Both the position numbers and the translations under genes were made by a program. From Alphaproteobacteria bacterium (GTDB taxonomy: Bacteria; Pseudomonadota; Alphaproteobacteria; UBA828), in NCBI GenBank assembly GCA_965237415.1, contig CBDEFM010000002.1:1088001-1152000 (forward strand): DNA of 64,000 nucleotides, in the 5' to 3' direction. The notes beneath the pieces were generated by a model that searched no databases, was not told where the DNA came from, and saw only the letters and a program-made list of their open reading frames with translations. Positions 1-10,892 of this stretch are shown in pieces; position 1 is the stretch's first letter, and every line of letters begins with the position of its first letter.

Positions 1-350
1 TTGATGCCTGCCGGCTCCTCCTCCATGGCGAGGGTGTTGGCGACGTCAACCTCGCCCGCCGCAAGCGCCGCCGCCAGTTTCGCGCGCGGCAGGCGGACGA
101 CCTCTAGCGCGAGGCCGTGGGCCTCAGCGACGGCCTGCGCCATCTCGACCTCGAAGCCGCGCAGTACGCCATCCTTCTTGAAGGCGAAGGGCTGGCCGGT
201 CAGCGCGATGCCAACGGTCAGCGTGCCCTCGGTGTGCAGGGCCTCGTTCAGATCGACGTAGTGCGCCGAAGCCGCCGGGGCTGCAACGAGCGCGAGCAAG
301 ATCAGGGCGAGCCTCTGGAACCTGCGTGCCATGGGTGTCCCCTTCATCAT
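1..350 (-). CDS. Amino-acid ABC transporter substrate-binding protein (family 3), N-terminal part; runs off the window
   Basis: Manual translation: MMKGTPMARRFQRLALILLALVAAPAASAH...GTLTVGIALTGQPFAFKKDGVLRGFEVEMAQAVA. Signal peptide plus PBP2 family-3 N-terminal motif; ATGA overlap with the choV stop. Confidence 0.75.
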   Translation of the reverse strand, partial: MMKGTPMARRFQRLALILLALVAAPAASAHYVDLNEALHTEGTLTVGIALTGQPFAFKKDGVLRGFEVEMAQAVAEAHGLALEVVRLPRAKLAAALAAGEVDVANTLAMEEEPAGI

Positions 351-1603
351 TGTCCTTCGGGCGGGGCCGCATCGCCCGCGTCGGCGTTCGCGTCTAAGTC
401 CGCGTCGCGCGAGGGCTTCGGTCCCGCACCCCGGTGCACCAGCGCGGCAAGCAGCTCGGCGGCTCCGATCACGCCAATCAACCGGCCCCCGCCGTCGAGC
501 AGCGGCATCGCCCGCCCGGTCTCGTGGCGCACCTCCAGCGCGGTGCGCATGGTCGTCTCGGCGCTGCCAGCAATGATCTCCCCATTGCCGAGCGCGCCGA
601 GGTCGAGATCCTCGCGGTAGGGCACCAGTTGCGCGGGCGTCCCTTCCAGGGAGAGCGCCTCGGGCCGCCCTTCGCCGTCCAGTCTGCAAAACATGGCCGA
701 TGCGTCGTCGAGTAAGTGAATGCCGTCCTCGTTGCGGAGCGACGCGAGCGGCCGCATCAGAGAGACTCCCCGCAACACGTTGAGCGGGTTCACGTTGGCG
801 ACGAACTGACGCACGTACTCGTTCTCAGGCTCGGTGACGATCTGCTCCGGCGGGCCGACCTGGATAATGCGCCCGCCCTCCATGATGGCGATCCGCGTGC
901 CGATCTTGAGCGCCTCGTCGAGGTCGTGGCTCACGAACAGGATGGTCCGACGCAGCGTCTGCTGCAACGCGAGCAACTCGTCCTGCAGGCGCTCGCGGAT
1001 CAGGGGATCGAGGGCCGAGAAGGGCTCGTCCATCAGCAGGATTTCGGCATCGGTCGCGAACGCGCGCGCGAGGCCCACGCGTTGCTGCATTCCGCCTGAA
1101 AGCTCGTGCGGGTAGTGGTCGAGCCAGGAGCCGAGCCCCACCTGTTCGAGAACCTCCACCACGCGCTCGCGGCGCTCGGCCTTAGGCACGCCGCGCACTT
1201 CGAGCCCGAAGGCGACATTGGCTGCGATGGTCCGCCACGGCATCAGCGCGAATTGCTGAAAGACCATGGAGACGCGGTTCATGCGGAGCCTCCGCATCAG
1301 CTTGGGATCGCAGTCGGTGACGTCGACTTGCCTGCCGCCGTCGTCGATCAGCACGCGGCCTCGCGTCGCTTGATTGAGACCGTTGACGCAGCGGAGAAGG
1401 GTCGACTTGCCCGAGCCCGAAAGCCCCATGAGGACAAAGATTTCGCCGGCCTCGACCTGAAGCGACGCGTTTTGCACGCCCACCACCTGGCCTGTCTCTT
1501 CGAAGATGCGGTCCTTGTCCGCGCCGGCATCGAGCAGCGCCAGCGCCTCCTTGACCCCCCGGCCGAAGATGACGTCGACCCGATCGAAGGTGATAACGGC
1601 CAT
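347..1603 (-). CDS. choV: Choline/betaine ABC transporter ATP-binding protein
   Basis: Start MAVITFDRVDVIFG; Walker A GLSGSGKS, LSGGMQQRVGLAR, LLMDEPFSALDPLIR. Confidence 0.92.
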   Translation of the reverse strand: MAVITFDRVDVIFGRGVKEALALLDAGADKDRIFEETGQVVGVQNASLQVEAGEIFVLMGLSGSGKSTLLRCVNGLNQATRGRVLIDDGGRQVDVTDCDPKLMRRLRMNRVSMVFQQFALMPWRTIAANVAFGLEVRGVPKAERRERVVEVLEQVGLGSWLDHYPHELSGGMQQRVGLARAFATDAEILLMDEPFSALDPLIRERLQDELLALQQTLRRTILFVSHDLDEALKIGTRIAIMEGGRIIQVGPPEQIVTEPENEYVRQFVANVNPLNVLRGVSLMRPLASLRNEDGIHLLDDASAMFCRLDGEGRPEALSLEGTPAQLVPYREDLDLGALGNGEIIAGSAETTMRTALEVRHETGRAMPLLDGGGRLIGVIGAAELLAALVHRGAGPKPSRDADLDANADAGDAAPPEGQ

Positions 1604-2475
1604 CAGCGTGTGGCGGTGCCGCCCCTGCCCTTGCGCCCCTCGGCCTGCTTCAGGATGCGGTCGAGCACGATGGCGACGATCACGATGGCCAATCCTGCCT
1701 CGAAGCCCTGCGCGACATTGACCGTGGTGAGCGCGCGCACCACTGGCACGCCGAGCCCGTCGGCGCCGACGAGGGCCGCGATCACCACCATCGAGAGCGA
1801 GAGCATGATGCACTGGGTGATGCCCTGCATGATTGTCGGCATCGCGTGGGGAAGCTCGACCTTGAGCAGGAGCTGCGTGTCGCTGGCGCCGAAGGCGCGG
1901 CCCGCCTCCAACAGCGGCCGCGGTGCGCTCGAGATGCCGAGATGAGTGAGGCGGATCGGCGCCGGAATGGCGAAGATGACGGTGGAAATAAGGCCCGGTA
2001 CCAGGCCCAGCCCGAAGAAGGTCAGCGTCGGGATCAGATAGACGAAGGGCGGAATGGTCTGCATCAGATCGAGGATCGGCCGCAACATCCTGAAGAGCCA
2101 CGGCCGGTGCGCCGCCGCGATGCCGACGGGCACGCCGACCAGGATGCACACGATCGTGGACGCTGAGACGAGCGCCAGCGTGAACAGCATCTCGTCCCAG
2201 TAGCCGATGTTGAGGATGAGCAGCAGCCCGATCACCACGCCGACCACGAGCACGATGCTGCGGTGCAGCCAATAGGCCAGACCGGCGACGAGAGCGATGA
2301 AGAGAAGCGGCGGAATCAGGTCCAGGAAGTAGGCGAACGCGTCGAGCAACCACCCTATGGCGTCGGAGAAGGCTCGGAGCTCGTGGAAGAAGTTGTCCTT
2401 GATGTACTCGATTGCGTTGGCGACCAACTTGCCGATCGGTACTTTCTCGGTAAGGACTCCGAGATCGGTGCCCAT
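1603..2475 (-). CDS. choW: Choline/betaine ABC transporter permease
   Basis: Hydrophobic protein; ProW-family motifs LDLMQTIPPFVYLIP, EAGRAFGA, LSLSMVVIAALVGA. Confidence 0.92.
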   Translation of the reverse strand: MGTDLGVLTEKVPIGKLVANAIEYIKDNFFHELRAFSDAIGWLLDAFAYFLDLIPPLLFIALVAGLAYWLHRSIVLVVGVVIGLLLILNIGYWDEMLFTLALVSASTIVCILVGVPVGIAAAHRPWLFRMLRPILDLMQTIPPFVYLIPTLTFFGLGLVPGLISTVIFAIPAPIRLTHLGISSAPRPLLEAGRAFGASDTQLLLKVELPHAMPTIMQGITQCIMLSLSMVVIAALVGADGLGVPVVRALTTVNVAQGFEAGLAIVIVAIVLDRILKQAEGRKGRGGTATR

Positions 2476-2572
2476 GACGCCCCTCCCCGACCGGACGGGG
2501 CAGGCGGCCGGCGCCTCTCAGCGCCGACCGCCCGCGTCTTCAGCCCCGTTGGACCGCCCGCGTAATCGGCCG

Positions 2573-3523
2573 CTACATGTTGAGATGGGCCTTCACGGCG
2601 GCAGCACCATCCTGGCCGTCCAGCGTGGTCACGCCTTGGAGCCACTCGTCGACCAGCTCTGGGTGCATCTCGACGAGCTTCCGGGCGGCCGCCTGCGGGT
2701 CCATCCCGTCGTCGAGCATATAGCCCATCATCTCGTTCTCAAGCGCCAACGAGAACCGCATGTTCTGCAACATGGCGCCTACGTTCGGGCAGGCCTCGGT
2801 ATAGCCGGCGTGGGCCAGCGTGTAGACCGTGGCGCCACCGAAGTTGGCCCCGAAGTAGTCGTCGCCACCGTCGAGGTAGCTCATGTCGAAGCGCCGGTTC
2901 ATCGGGTGCGGCTCCCAACCGAGGAAGGCGATCCACTCGTCGCTCCTCACCGCGCGCTCGACCTGGGACAGCATGCCCTGCTCGCTCGACTCCACGACCT
3001 CGAAGCCGCTGAGGCCGAAGGCATCGGTGTCGATCATGCTTTGGATAATCATGTTGCCGTCATTGCCGGGCTCGATGCCGTAGATCTTACCGTCGAACTT
3101 GTCGGCATGCGCGGCGATATCGCCGAAGGTCTTGACCCCGGCCTCGTGGACGTAGGTGGGCACGGCGAGGGTGTACTTGGCTCCCTCGAGATTGACGCCC
3201 ACCTTCTCGATGGTGCCGTCGTTGAAATAGGGGTCGATCATGCTCTGCTGGGTCGGCAGCCAAAGGCCGAGGAAGGCGTCGATGTCGCCGTTGGAGAGGC
3301 TGGCGAAAGTCACCGGCACCGAAAGCACGGTCGCCTTGGGCTCATAGCCGAGCCCCTCGAGGACGGTGGTGGCTACGGCTGTCGTCGCCGTGATGCAGCT
3401 CCAGCCCACGTCGGAGAACCCCACCTCCTTGCAGGTGTCGGCATCGTCGGCATAGGCATTGCCCGCCATGGCCGCGGCACCCATGGCGATGGCGGCGATT
3501 GCGGATGTCATCCGAATGTGCAT
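2573..3523 (-). CDS. choX: Choline ABC transporter substrate-binding protein
   Basis: Signal peptide; FSDVGWSCI, YGIEPGNDGN, FLGWEPHPMN motifs. Confidence 0.92.
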   Translation of the reverse strand: MHIRMTSAIAAIAMGAAAMAGNAYADDADTCKEVGFSDVGWSCITATTAVATTVLEGLGYEPKATVLSVPVTFASLSNGDIDAFLGLWLPTQQSMIDPYFNDGTIEKVGVNLEGAKYTLAVPTYVHEAGVKTFGDIAAHADKFDGKIYGIEPGNDGNMIIQSMIDTDAFGLSGFEVVESSEQGMLSQVERAVRSDEWIAFLGWEPHPMNRRFDMSYLDGGDDYFGANFGGATVYTLAHAGYTEACPNVGAMLQNMRFSLALENEMMGYMLDDGMDPQAAARKLVEMHPELVDEWLQGVTTLDGQDGAAAVKAHLNM

Positions 3524-3573
3524 TGCACCCTCCCTGAAGCTCGATACGCTCTACCGACTTTCGCAACTTTTTC

Positions 3574-3600
3574 TTGATTGGTCAACCAACCAAATATAAT
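3574..3600. promoter_or_regulatory. BetI operator-like imperfect palindrome overlapping a -35/-10-like promoter between divergent choX and betI
   Basis: TTGATTG-GT-CAACCAA at 3574-3589 and TATAAT at 3595-3600 in the short intergenic gap. Confidence 0.7.
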
Positions 3601-3622
3601 GACGGGGATACAGGAGTAGCCG

Positions 3623-4204
3623 ATGCCAAAGATCGGAATGGCGCCCGTGCGCCGGCGCGCCTTCGTCGAAGCCGCCATCAGGAGCATTCACGACCGTGGG
3701 TTCGTCGACCTCACCACGGGCGACGTCGCGCGGGAGGCCGGGCTCTCCCAGGGGCTCGTTCACCACTACTTCGGCTCCAAGAGCGCCCTGATCCTCGCCA
3801 CCATGCGCCACCTCCTCATCGAATTCGGCGCGGGAATCAGGGAACGTTTGCGCGAAGCCAAGACTCCGCGGGAGCGGCTTACAGCGATCGTCGACGGCAG
3901 CTTCTGCGACGAGCAGCTTCGGCCCGAGGTGATCTCCGCCTGGCTCACGTTCTACGTGCAGGCCCATAGGGAGCCAGCGGTGCGCCGGCTGCTGCACATC
4001 TATGCGCGCCGGCTGATCAGCAACCTGCGCCACGAGTACCGGCGCCTGCCGACGCGCGAGTCGGCGGAAGTCGCCGCCGAATCCACCGCCGCCATGATCG
4101 ACGGGCTGTGGCTGCGCCGCGTGCTCGGCGACGCGGAGCCCTGCGGCGATAGCGCGATTGCGATCATGGAAGCGCATATCGACAGCCAGCTCGGGCCGCG
4201 CTGA
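3623..4204 (+). CDS. betI: Choline-responsive TetR-family repressor BetI
   Basis: MPKIGMAPVRRRA N-terminus, HTH GLVHHYFGSK, RRLISNLRH. Confidence 0.93.
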   Translation: MPKIGMAPVRRRAFVEAAIRSIHDRGFVDLTTGDVAREAGLSQGLVHHYFGSKSALILATMRHLLIEFGAGIRERLREAKTPRERLTAIVDGSFCDEQLRPEVISAWLTFYVQAHREPAVRRLLHIYARRLISNLRHEYRRLPTRESAEVAAESTAAMIDGLWLRRVLGDAEPCGDSAIAIMEAHIDSQLGPR

Positions 4205-4219
4205 GCGGCGGCGGCACGC

Positions 4220-5899
4220 ATGAACTCGAAGGCCGGGAGCTTCGACGACGCGTTCGACTATGTGATCGTGGGGTCGGGGTCTGCCGGTTCGGTCCTGGCG
4301 GCGCGGCTCTCGGAAGATCCGAAAAATCGCGTGCTGGTTCTGGAACATGGCGGCACCGACGCGGGCCCCCTCATCCAGATGCCGGCCGCCCTCTCCTACC
4401 CCATGAACATGCCCCGCTACGACTGGGGGTTCGTGACGGAACCCGAACCCCACCTCGGCGGGCGCCGCCTCGCGACGCCGCGCGGCAAGGTGGTCGGCGG
4501 CTCGTCCTCCATCAACGGCATGGTCTATGTGCGCGGCCACTCCTGCGACTTCGACACCTGGGAGGAACTGGGCGCGGCGGGCTGGGGCTATCGGCACGTG
4601 CTGCCCTATTACCGGCGCATGGAGCACGCCCACGGCGGCCAGGCCGGGTGGCGCGGCTCAGACGGCCCGCTCCACGTGACCCGCGGGCGCATGGAAAACC
4701 CGCTCTACAAGCGCTTCATCGAAGCCGGCGAAGAGGCCGGCTACGCGGCGACCGAGGACTACAACGGCGAGCGCCAGGAAGGTTTTGGCGCGATGGAGAT
4801 GACCGTCTGGCGCGGGCGCCGCTGGTCAGCCGCCAACGCCTATCTCAAGCCCGCGCTGCAACGGCGAAATCTCAAGCTGAAAGCCCACGCCCACGTTCGC
4901 CGCGTCATCATCGAGCGCGGGCGGGCGACCGGTGTCGAGTACGAGACCGGCGGCGCGGCCCGCCGCGTTCGCGCCAAGCGCGAAGTCATTCTCGCCGCCT
5001 CGTCAATCAATTCGCCGAAGCTCCTCATGCTCTCCGGCATCGGCCCGGGGGAGCACCTGCGAGAGCACGATATCGAGGTCGTCGCCGACCGGCCTGGCGT
5101 GGGCGCCAACCTGCAGGACCATCTCGAAATCTACCTCCAGCTGAAGTGCCGCCAGCCGATCACGCTCTATCGCCACTGGAACCTCTTCTCCAAGGCGCTG
5201 ATCGGCCTGCGCTGGCTCTTGTTCAGGGACGGCCTCGGCGCCACCAATCATTTCGAGTCCTGCGGCTTCATCCGCTCCCGCGCCGGCGTGCAGTACCCGG
5301 ACATCCAGTACCACTTCCTGCCGTTCGCGGTGCGCTACGACGGAAAGGCCGCCGCCGAAGGCCACGGCTTTCAGACCCATGTCGGGCCGATGCGCTCGAA
5401 GTCGCGGGGTTGGGTGCGGCTCGCTTCGCCCGAGCCAAGTGCCGCGCCCTCGATCCTTTTCAACTACATGTCCCACGAAGACGACTGGCGGAACTTTCGC
5501 ACCTGCATCCGGCTCACGCGGGAGATTTTGTCCCAGCCGGTGCTCGCAGACTACGCAGGCGACGAAATCGCGCCAGGCGCGGACATCCAGAGCGACGAGG
5601 CGCTCGACGACTTCGTGAAGGATGCGGTGGAGAGCGCCTACCATCCCTGTGGCACCTGCCGTATGGGTGCGGCAGACGATGGGCTCGCGGTGGTCGATCC
5701 GGCCTGCCGCGTCATCGGGGTGGATGGACTGCGCGTGGCCGACAGCTCGATCTTCCCGCGCATCACCAACGGCAACCTCAACGGGCCCAGCATCATGGTG
5801 GGTGAGAAGGCCGCCGACCACATCCTCGGCCGCGACCCGCTCCCGCCGGCCAACGACGTGCCCTGGATTCACCCTGACTGGAAAAAGCGGCAGCGCTAA
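4220..5899 (+). CDS. betA: Choline dehydrogenase (GMC oxidoreductase)
   Basis: [11 protein letters not shown] site, [45 protein letters not shown]. Confidence 0.95.
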   Translation: MNSKAGSFDDAFDYVIVGSGSAGSVLAARLSEDPKNRVLVLEHGGTDAGPLIQMPAALSYPMNMPRYDWGFVTEPEPHLGGRRLATPRGKVVGGSSSINGMVYVRGHSCDFDTWEELGAAGWGYRHVLPYYRRMEHAHGGQAGWRGSDGPLHVTRGRMENPLYKRFIEAGEEAGYAATEDYNGERQEGFGAMEMTVWRGRRWSAANAYLKPALQRRNLKLKAHAHVRRVIIERGRATGVEYETGGAARRVRAKREVILAASSINSPKLLMLSGIGPGEHLREHDIEVVADRPGVGANLQDHLEIYLQLKCRQPITLYRHWNLFSKALIGLRWLLFRDGLGATNHFESCGFIRSRAGVQYPDIQYHFLPFAVRYDGKAAAEGHGFQTHVGPMRSKSRGWVRLASPEPSAAPSILFNYMSHEDDWRNFRTCIRLTREILSQPVLADYAGDEIAPGADIQSDEALDDFVKDAVESAYHPCGTCRMGAADDGLAVVDPACRVIGVDGLRVADSSIFPRITNGNLNGPSIMVGEKAADHILGRDPLPPANDVPWIHPDWKKRQR

Positions 5900-5977
5900 G
5901 CTTCCCACCGGTCTTGCCCGCCCCTCTACCCGGTGAGACAGTAATCCGTACTGTCGAATTGGCGTGAGGAGGGAGCG

Positions 5978-7087
5978 ATGGAGGTCCGTGCGGCGCTGGC
6001 GACCGGCGCAGGCAAGCCGCTCAGCATCGAGACCGTAAATCTCGACGGCCCGCGGGCCGGCGAGGTGCTGATCGAGATCAAAGCCACCGGCGTCTGCCAC
6101 ACCGATGCCTTCACCCTCTCAGGCGAGGATCCCGAGGGGCTGTTCCCCGCCATCCTCGGGCACGAGGGCGCCGGCATTGTGGCGGAGGTCGGCGACGGCG
6201 TGACGAGCGTCGCGCCGGGCGATCACGTGATCCCGCTCTACGTGCCGGAATGCCGCCAGTGCGAGTACTGCCTGAGCGGCAAGACCAACCTCTGCCAGTC
6301 GATCCGCGTGACCCAGGGCGCCGGCGTGATGCCGGACGGCTCCAGCCGCTTCTCCCTCGGCGGCGACAAGATCTTCCACTACATGGGCACGTCGACCTTT
6401 GCGAACTACACGGTCGTCTCCGAATACTCGGTCGCCAAGGTTCGGGAAGACGCCCCCTTCGACACGATCTGCTACATCGGCTGCGGCGTGACCACAGGCG
6501 TCGGCGCTGTGATCAACACGGCGAAGGTGCGCCCCGGCGACAATGTCGTGGTGTTCGGCCTGGGCGGCATCGGGCTCAACGTCGTCCAGGGCGCCCGCCT
6601 GGTTGGCGCCAACATGATCGTCGGCGTCGACATCAACCCGAAGCGCCAGGCGCTGGGCGAGCGCTTCGGCATGACCCACTTCGTCAATCCCAAGGAGGTC
6701 GAGGGCGATCTCGTGCCCTATCTGGTGGATCTCACCGGCGGCGGTGCAGACCACAGCTTCGAGTGCATCGGCAATGTCGAGACCATGCGCCAGGCGCTCG
6801 AATGCTGTCACAAGGGCTGGGGCGAAAGCACGATCATCGGCGTCGCCGGCGCCGGCCAGGAGATTTCCACCCGCCCCTTCCAGCTCGTGACCGGCCGGGT
6901 CTGGCGCGGCACCGCGTTCGGCGGCGCCAAGGGCCGCACCGACGTGCCCCGCATCGTCGATTGGTACATGGACGGCAAACTCGAAATCGACCCGATGATC
7001 ACCCACACGATGCCGCTGGACGCAATCAACGACGCCTTCGACCTCATGCACCGGGGCGAATCGATCCGTAGCGTGGTCACGTTCTAA
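5978..7087 (+). CDS. frmA: S-(hydroxymethyl)glutathione dehydrogenase / class III alcohol dehydrogenase
   Basis: GVCHTD, GHEGAG, CRQCEYC...[17 protein letters not shown]. Confidence 0.95.
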   Translation: MEVRAALATGAGKPLSIETVNLDGPRAGEVLIEIKATGVCHTDAFTLSGEDPEGLFPAILGHEGAGIVAEVGDGVTSVAPGDHVIPLYVPECRQCEYCLSGKTNLCQSIRVTQGAGVMPDGSSRFSLGGDKIFHYMGTSTFANYTVVSEYSVAKVREDAPFDTICYIGCGVTTGVGAVINTAKVRPGDNVVVFGLGGIGLNVVQGARLVGANMIVGVDINPKRQALGERFGMTHFVNPKEVEGDLVPYLVDLTGGGADHSFECIGNVETMRQALECCHKGWGESTIIGVAGAGQEISTRPFQLVTGRVWRGTAFGGAKGRTDVPRIVDWYMDGKLEIDPMITHTMPLDAINDAFDLMHRGESIRSVVTF

Positions 7088-8937
7088 TGACCGACGGCAG
7101 CCGCGCCGGCCGGCGTCTCTGCTGCCGGGCGCGGGGCTTTCGCCTGTTCGCAGCGGCCGCATTCGCGGCGCTGACGCTTTACGGCGCCGAGGCCATGGCG
7201 GCGCCCGCCCATGGTATCGCCATGCACGGGTCGCCGAAATACGGGCGTGACTTCCAGCATCTCGACTACGTCAACCCGGACGCGCCCAAGGGCGGTGAGC
7301 TCCGACGCGCGGCGACAGGCACCTTCGACAATCTCAACCCGTTCATCATCAAGGGCGTGGTGGCGCATGGGCGGCACCTGGTCTTCGAAAGCCTGCTGAA
7401 GCGTACCTGGGACGAGCCGTTCTCCCTTTACGGGCTGATCGCCGAGTCGATCGAGGTGCCGGACGACCGCTCGTGGGTCGCCTTCGCGTTACGGCCGGAG
7501 GCCCGCTTCCACGACGGCAGCCCGATCACCGTGGACGACGTGATCTTCTCGTGGGAGACGCTGAGGGAGCAGGGCCGGCCCAACCACCGGCTCTACTACA
7601 ACAAGGTTCGCGAGATCGAACGGCCCGATGCGCGCACGGTGCGCTTCCTCTTCGAGACCGAGACGCCGGATCGCGAGCTGCCGCTGATCCTCGGGCTGAT
7701 GCCGATCGTCTCGAAGGACTACTACTCCTCGGTGACCTTCGAGGAGACGACGCTCACGCCGCCGCTCGGCAGCGGCCCCTACCGGATCGAGAGCGTCGAC
7801 GCGGGCCGCGGCATCGTCTACCGCCGCGATCCCGACTACTGGGGGCGGCACCTGCCGATCAACCGCGGGCAAAACAATTTCGACCGCATCGGCTACGACT
7901 ACTATCGCGACGACGAAGTGATGATGGAGGCCTTCCGGGCGGGCGAATACGACTTGCGCCAGGAGCTCTCGGCGACACGGTGGGCGACCGGCTATGACTT
8001 CCCCGCCGTCGAGGATGGCCGCGTCACGATCGAGTTGCTGCCGCACGGGCGGCCCTCCGGCATGTTCGCGATGATCTTCAACACGCGGCAGCCGATGTTC
8101 GCCGATCGCGCGGTCCGCTACGCGCTCTCGCTCGCCTTCGACTTCGAGTGGATCAACAAGGCGCTGCTGCAAGGCGCCTATGTGCGGACGAACAGCATCT
8201 TCGACAACTCGGAGCTCGGCGCGCGCGGCCTGCCTGAGGGCGGCGAGCTGGCTCTGCTCGAGCCCCACCGCGACCGCCTCCCGCCCGAGCTGTTCGATAC
8301 CGTCTACCGCGCGCCTGTCGTCGAGGGTGGCCTGCGCAAGAACCTCGCCCAGGCAAGGCGCCTATTGGCCGAGGCCGGTTGGAGTATCAAGGACGGGTCC
8401 CTCCGGCGGACGTCGGACGGCCTGCCCATTGCCTTCGAAATCCTGCTGGTGAACCCGGGCAACGAGAAGATCGCGCTCAACTTCACGCGCAATCTCAAGC
8501 GCCTCGGCGTCGAGGCGAAGGTCCGCACCGTGGATACCGCGCAGTACCAGTACCGACGCAACGTCTACGACTTCGACATGATCATGTATCGCTGGGGCAT
8601 GTCGCTCTCGCCGGGGAACGAGCAGGCGTTCTACTGGGGCAGCGAGGCCGCGGAACAAGAGGGCACCCGCAACTATCCGGGGATCGAGGACCCGGTCGTC
8701 GATGCGCTCATCGCGCAGATGACCGAAGCGCGGGAGCGCGAGGCCTTCGTCGACACCGTCCGCGCCATGGATCGGGTGCTGATGTGGGGGCACTACCTCA
8801 TCCCCCTCTATCACCTGAACGACGACCGCTTCGCTTACTGGAACAAGTTCGGGCGGCCCGCGTTCACGCCGGTGTATGGCGCCATTCTGGATGCGTGGTG
8901 GGAGGAACCGGGCAAGGCCGAAACGCTCGACCAGTGA
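7087..8937 (+). CDS. ABC transporter substrate-binding protein, YejA/peptide-nickel family
   Basis: HGIAMHGSPKY...HLDYVNPDAPKGG, GTFDNLNPF, SLSPGNEQ, DRVL. Confidence 0.9.
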   Translation: MTDGSRAGRRLCCRARGFRLFAAAAFAALTLYGAEAMAAPAHGIAMHGSPKYGRDFQHLDYVNPDAPKGGELRRAATGTFDNLNPFIIKGVVAHGRHLVFESLLKRTWDEPFSLYGLIAESIEVPDDRSWVAFALRPEARFHDGSPITVDDVIFSWETLREQGRPNHRLYYNKVREIERPDARTVRFLFETETPDRELPLILGLMPIVSKDYYSSVTFEETTLTPPLGSGPYRIESVDAGRGIVYRRDPDYWGRHLPINRGQNNFDRIGYDYYRDDEVMMEAFRAGEYDLRQELSATRWATGYDFPAVEDGRVTIELLPHGRPSGMFAMIFNTRQPMFADRAVRYALSLAFDFEWINKALLQGAYVRTNSIFDNSELGARGLPEGGELALLEPHRDRLPPELFDTVYRAPVVEGGLRKNLAQARRLLAEAGWSIKDGSLRRTSDGLPIAFEILLVNPGNEKIALNFTRNLKRLGVEAKVRTVDTAQYQYRRNVYDFDMIMYRWGMSLSPGNEQAFYWGSEAAEQEGTRNYPGIEDPVVDALIAQMTEAREREAFVDTVRAMDRVLMWGHYLIPLYHLNDDRFAYWNKFGRPAFTPVYGAILDAWWEEPGKAETLDQ

Positions 8938-9118
8938 CGCGCGGAGTCCCTCCTCCGCTCCGCCCCAGCATCGTGTCTTTAGGATCGTTCGGCGCGCGGT
9001 TGATACACCGGGCCGCCAGCCCTACCTTGAGACGCCGGGAACCAGGTTTTCGGCCGGCGCGGTGGCGCGCATAGCCCGCCGCAATGCAATCGACACAGGA
9101 ACGAGAGGGGGGTCGCCG

Positions 9119-10306
9119 ATGTTGAAACGAATGGTGGGCGCCGTCATGGCCGGCGCGCTTGTCGCCGGCGGGGCTAGCGCGGCGCAGGCGGACGACCACG
9201 AGATCGTGGTCGGCTTCGCCGTCTCGACCAGCGGGTGGCAGGCGGCCTACACCGGCCCTGCGACGCTCGCGGCGCAGATCAGGCTCGAAGAGATCAACGC
9301 TGCCGGCGGCCTGCTTGGCAAACAGCTCGTGATCGCTCAGGCGGACTCGAAGTCCGAACGTGAAGAAGGCGTCAAGGCGGGCCAGATCGTCGTCGACGAC
9401 GGCGCGAACGTGGTCTTCGTCGACTGCGACTTCGACATGGGCGCGCCGGCCGCCAACGTGGCGCAGAATGCTGGCCTCATCTCGCTCTTCCTCTGCGCCG
9501 GCGACGCCAAGGCGGGTATCGAGGGTATCGGCCCCTTCGCCTTCACCGGCGGCCAGGCGGCGCATCTCGACGGTGCCTCCATCGCCACCTTCGCCTACGA
9601 GGATCGCGGTGCACGCACGGCCTATCTGCTGCGCGACGACACCATCGAGTACAACAAGTCGGTCTGTGCCGGCTTCGAGTGGGCCTGGCCGCACATGGAA
9701 GGCACCACGATGCTGGGCCTCGACGTGTTCCAGAACAACGACCCGTCGATCCAGGGCCAGATCGATCGCATCAAGGCGCTGGACACCGTGCCGGACGTGA
9801 TCGCGGTCTGCTCCTACGTGCCGGGCGCCGCTTCGGCCATCAAGCAGCTGCGGGCGTCCGGCGTCGAGACGCTGATCGTCTCGGGCGTCGCGATGGACGG
9901 CCACTACTGGCTCGACGCCGTGCCGAACCTCAGCAACTTCTGCGCGGCCGCGTTCAGCTCCTTGTACGGTGGTGCCGGCGAGGACGTGGAGGCGTTCTTC
10001 AAGAAGCTGGAGGCCAAGGAAGGCGAGCCGACCGCTACCTCGCTCCCCATCGCGGGCTACGTGCTGATGGATCTGTGGGCGAAGGCCGTCGAGAGTGCGG
10101 GTACGGTGGATTCGGCAGCGGTCACGGCCGAGATGGAGAAGTTCACGGACGAGCCCACGCTGATGGGCCCGCGCAGCTTCTCCGACCGGCTCCACATCCA
10201 GGACAAGGCCCGCTACGCCATCGTCTGCACCGATGAGGGCAAGACCCGGATGGAAACCTACGTGATCGCAGGTCCGATTCCGAAGGACGTCATTCTCAAG
10301 AACTAG
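9119..10306 (+). CDS. Branched-chain amino acid-type (LivJ-like) ABC substrate-binding protein
   Basis: Signal peptide MLKRMVGAVMAG; EEINAAGGLLGKQL motif. Confidence 0.85.
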   Translation: MLKRMVGAVMAGALVAGGASAAQADDHEIVVGFAVSTSGWQAAYTGPATLAAQIRLEEINAAGGLLGKQLVIAQADSKSEREEGVKAGQIVVDDGANVVFVDCDFDMGAPAANVAQNAGLISLFLCAGDAKAGIEGIGPFAFTGGQAAHLDGASIATFAYEDRGARTAYLLRDDTIEYNKSVCAGFEWAWPHMEGTTMLGLDVFQNNDPSIQGQIDRIKALDTVPDVIAVCSYVPGAASAIKQLRASGVETLIVSGVAMDGHYWLDAVPNLSNFCAAAFSSLYGGAGEDVEAFFKKLEAKEGEPTATSLPIAGYVLMDLWAKAVESAGTVDSAAVTAEMEKFTDEPTLMGPRSFSDRLHIQDKARYAIVCTDEGKTRMETYVIAGPIPKDVILKN

Positions 10307-10314
10307 CACCCGTT

Positions 10315-10342
10315 GGGGCCGGCGGGCGCACCTGCCGGCCCC
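10315..10342 (+). terminator. GC-rich stem-loop after the SBP gene (mRNA stabiliser or weak terminator)
   Basis: GGGGCCGGC(G)GG-CGCA-CC(T)GCCGGCCCC; no U-tract. Confidence 0.45.
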
Positions 10343-10418
10343 CGATCCTCCAGGAGCATCCTCGGCAACGCGCCCGGAGGTGCCCCGGTGATGGCGCGCA
10401 GAGAAGAAGGGGAACGAT

Positions 10419-10892
10419 ATGGCGGTGAGCGACCTCGAACGCCGCGTGGACACGCTCGAATCGATCGAGGCGATCAAGCGGCTCAAGCACGAGTACTGTG
10501 CCTATTGCGACGCCGGCTACAACCCGGACGGCATCGCCTCGCAGTTCGTCGAGGATGGGGTCTGGGATGGCGGCGAGGACTTCGGCCGGTACGAAGGGCG
10601 CGAGGCGATCCATGCCTTCTTCGCCGGCGTCTCGTCGCAGATCGTCTTCGCCGGCCACCTCGTGATGAACGAGCGCATCGACGTGGACGTGGATAACGAC
10701 ACCGCGCGCGGGCAGTGGTGGATCATCATGCCGGCCACCATGATGATGGAGGGCGTGAAGACGGCGATCTGGCTGCTCGGCGAGTATGACGACCGCTACG
10801 TCCGGCGCGACGGCACCTGGATGTTCCAGACGCTGAACGCGACCATCCACTTCGTGAAGCCGCACAAGGACGGCTGGGTGGAGGCAGAATGA
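10419..10892 (+). CDS. SnoaL/NTF2-like protein (LinA/BaiE-like dehydratase fold)
   Basis: LESIEAIKRLKHEYCAYCD, DGVWD, GHLVMNERIDVD, YDDRYVRRDGTW. Confidence 0.85.
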   Translation: MAVSDLERRVDTLESIEAIKRLKHEYCAYCDAGYNPDGIASQFVEDGVWDGGEDFGRYEGREAIHAFFAGVSSQIVFAGHLVMNERIDVDVDNDTARGQWWIIMPATMMMEGVKTAIWLLGEYDDRYVRRDGTWMFQTLNATIHFVKPHKDGWVEAE

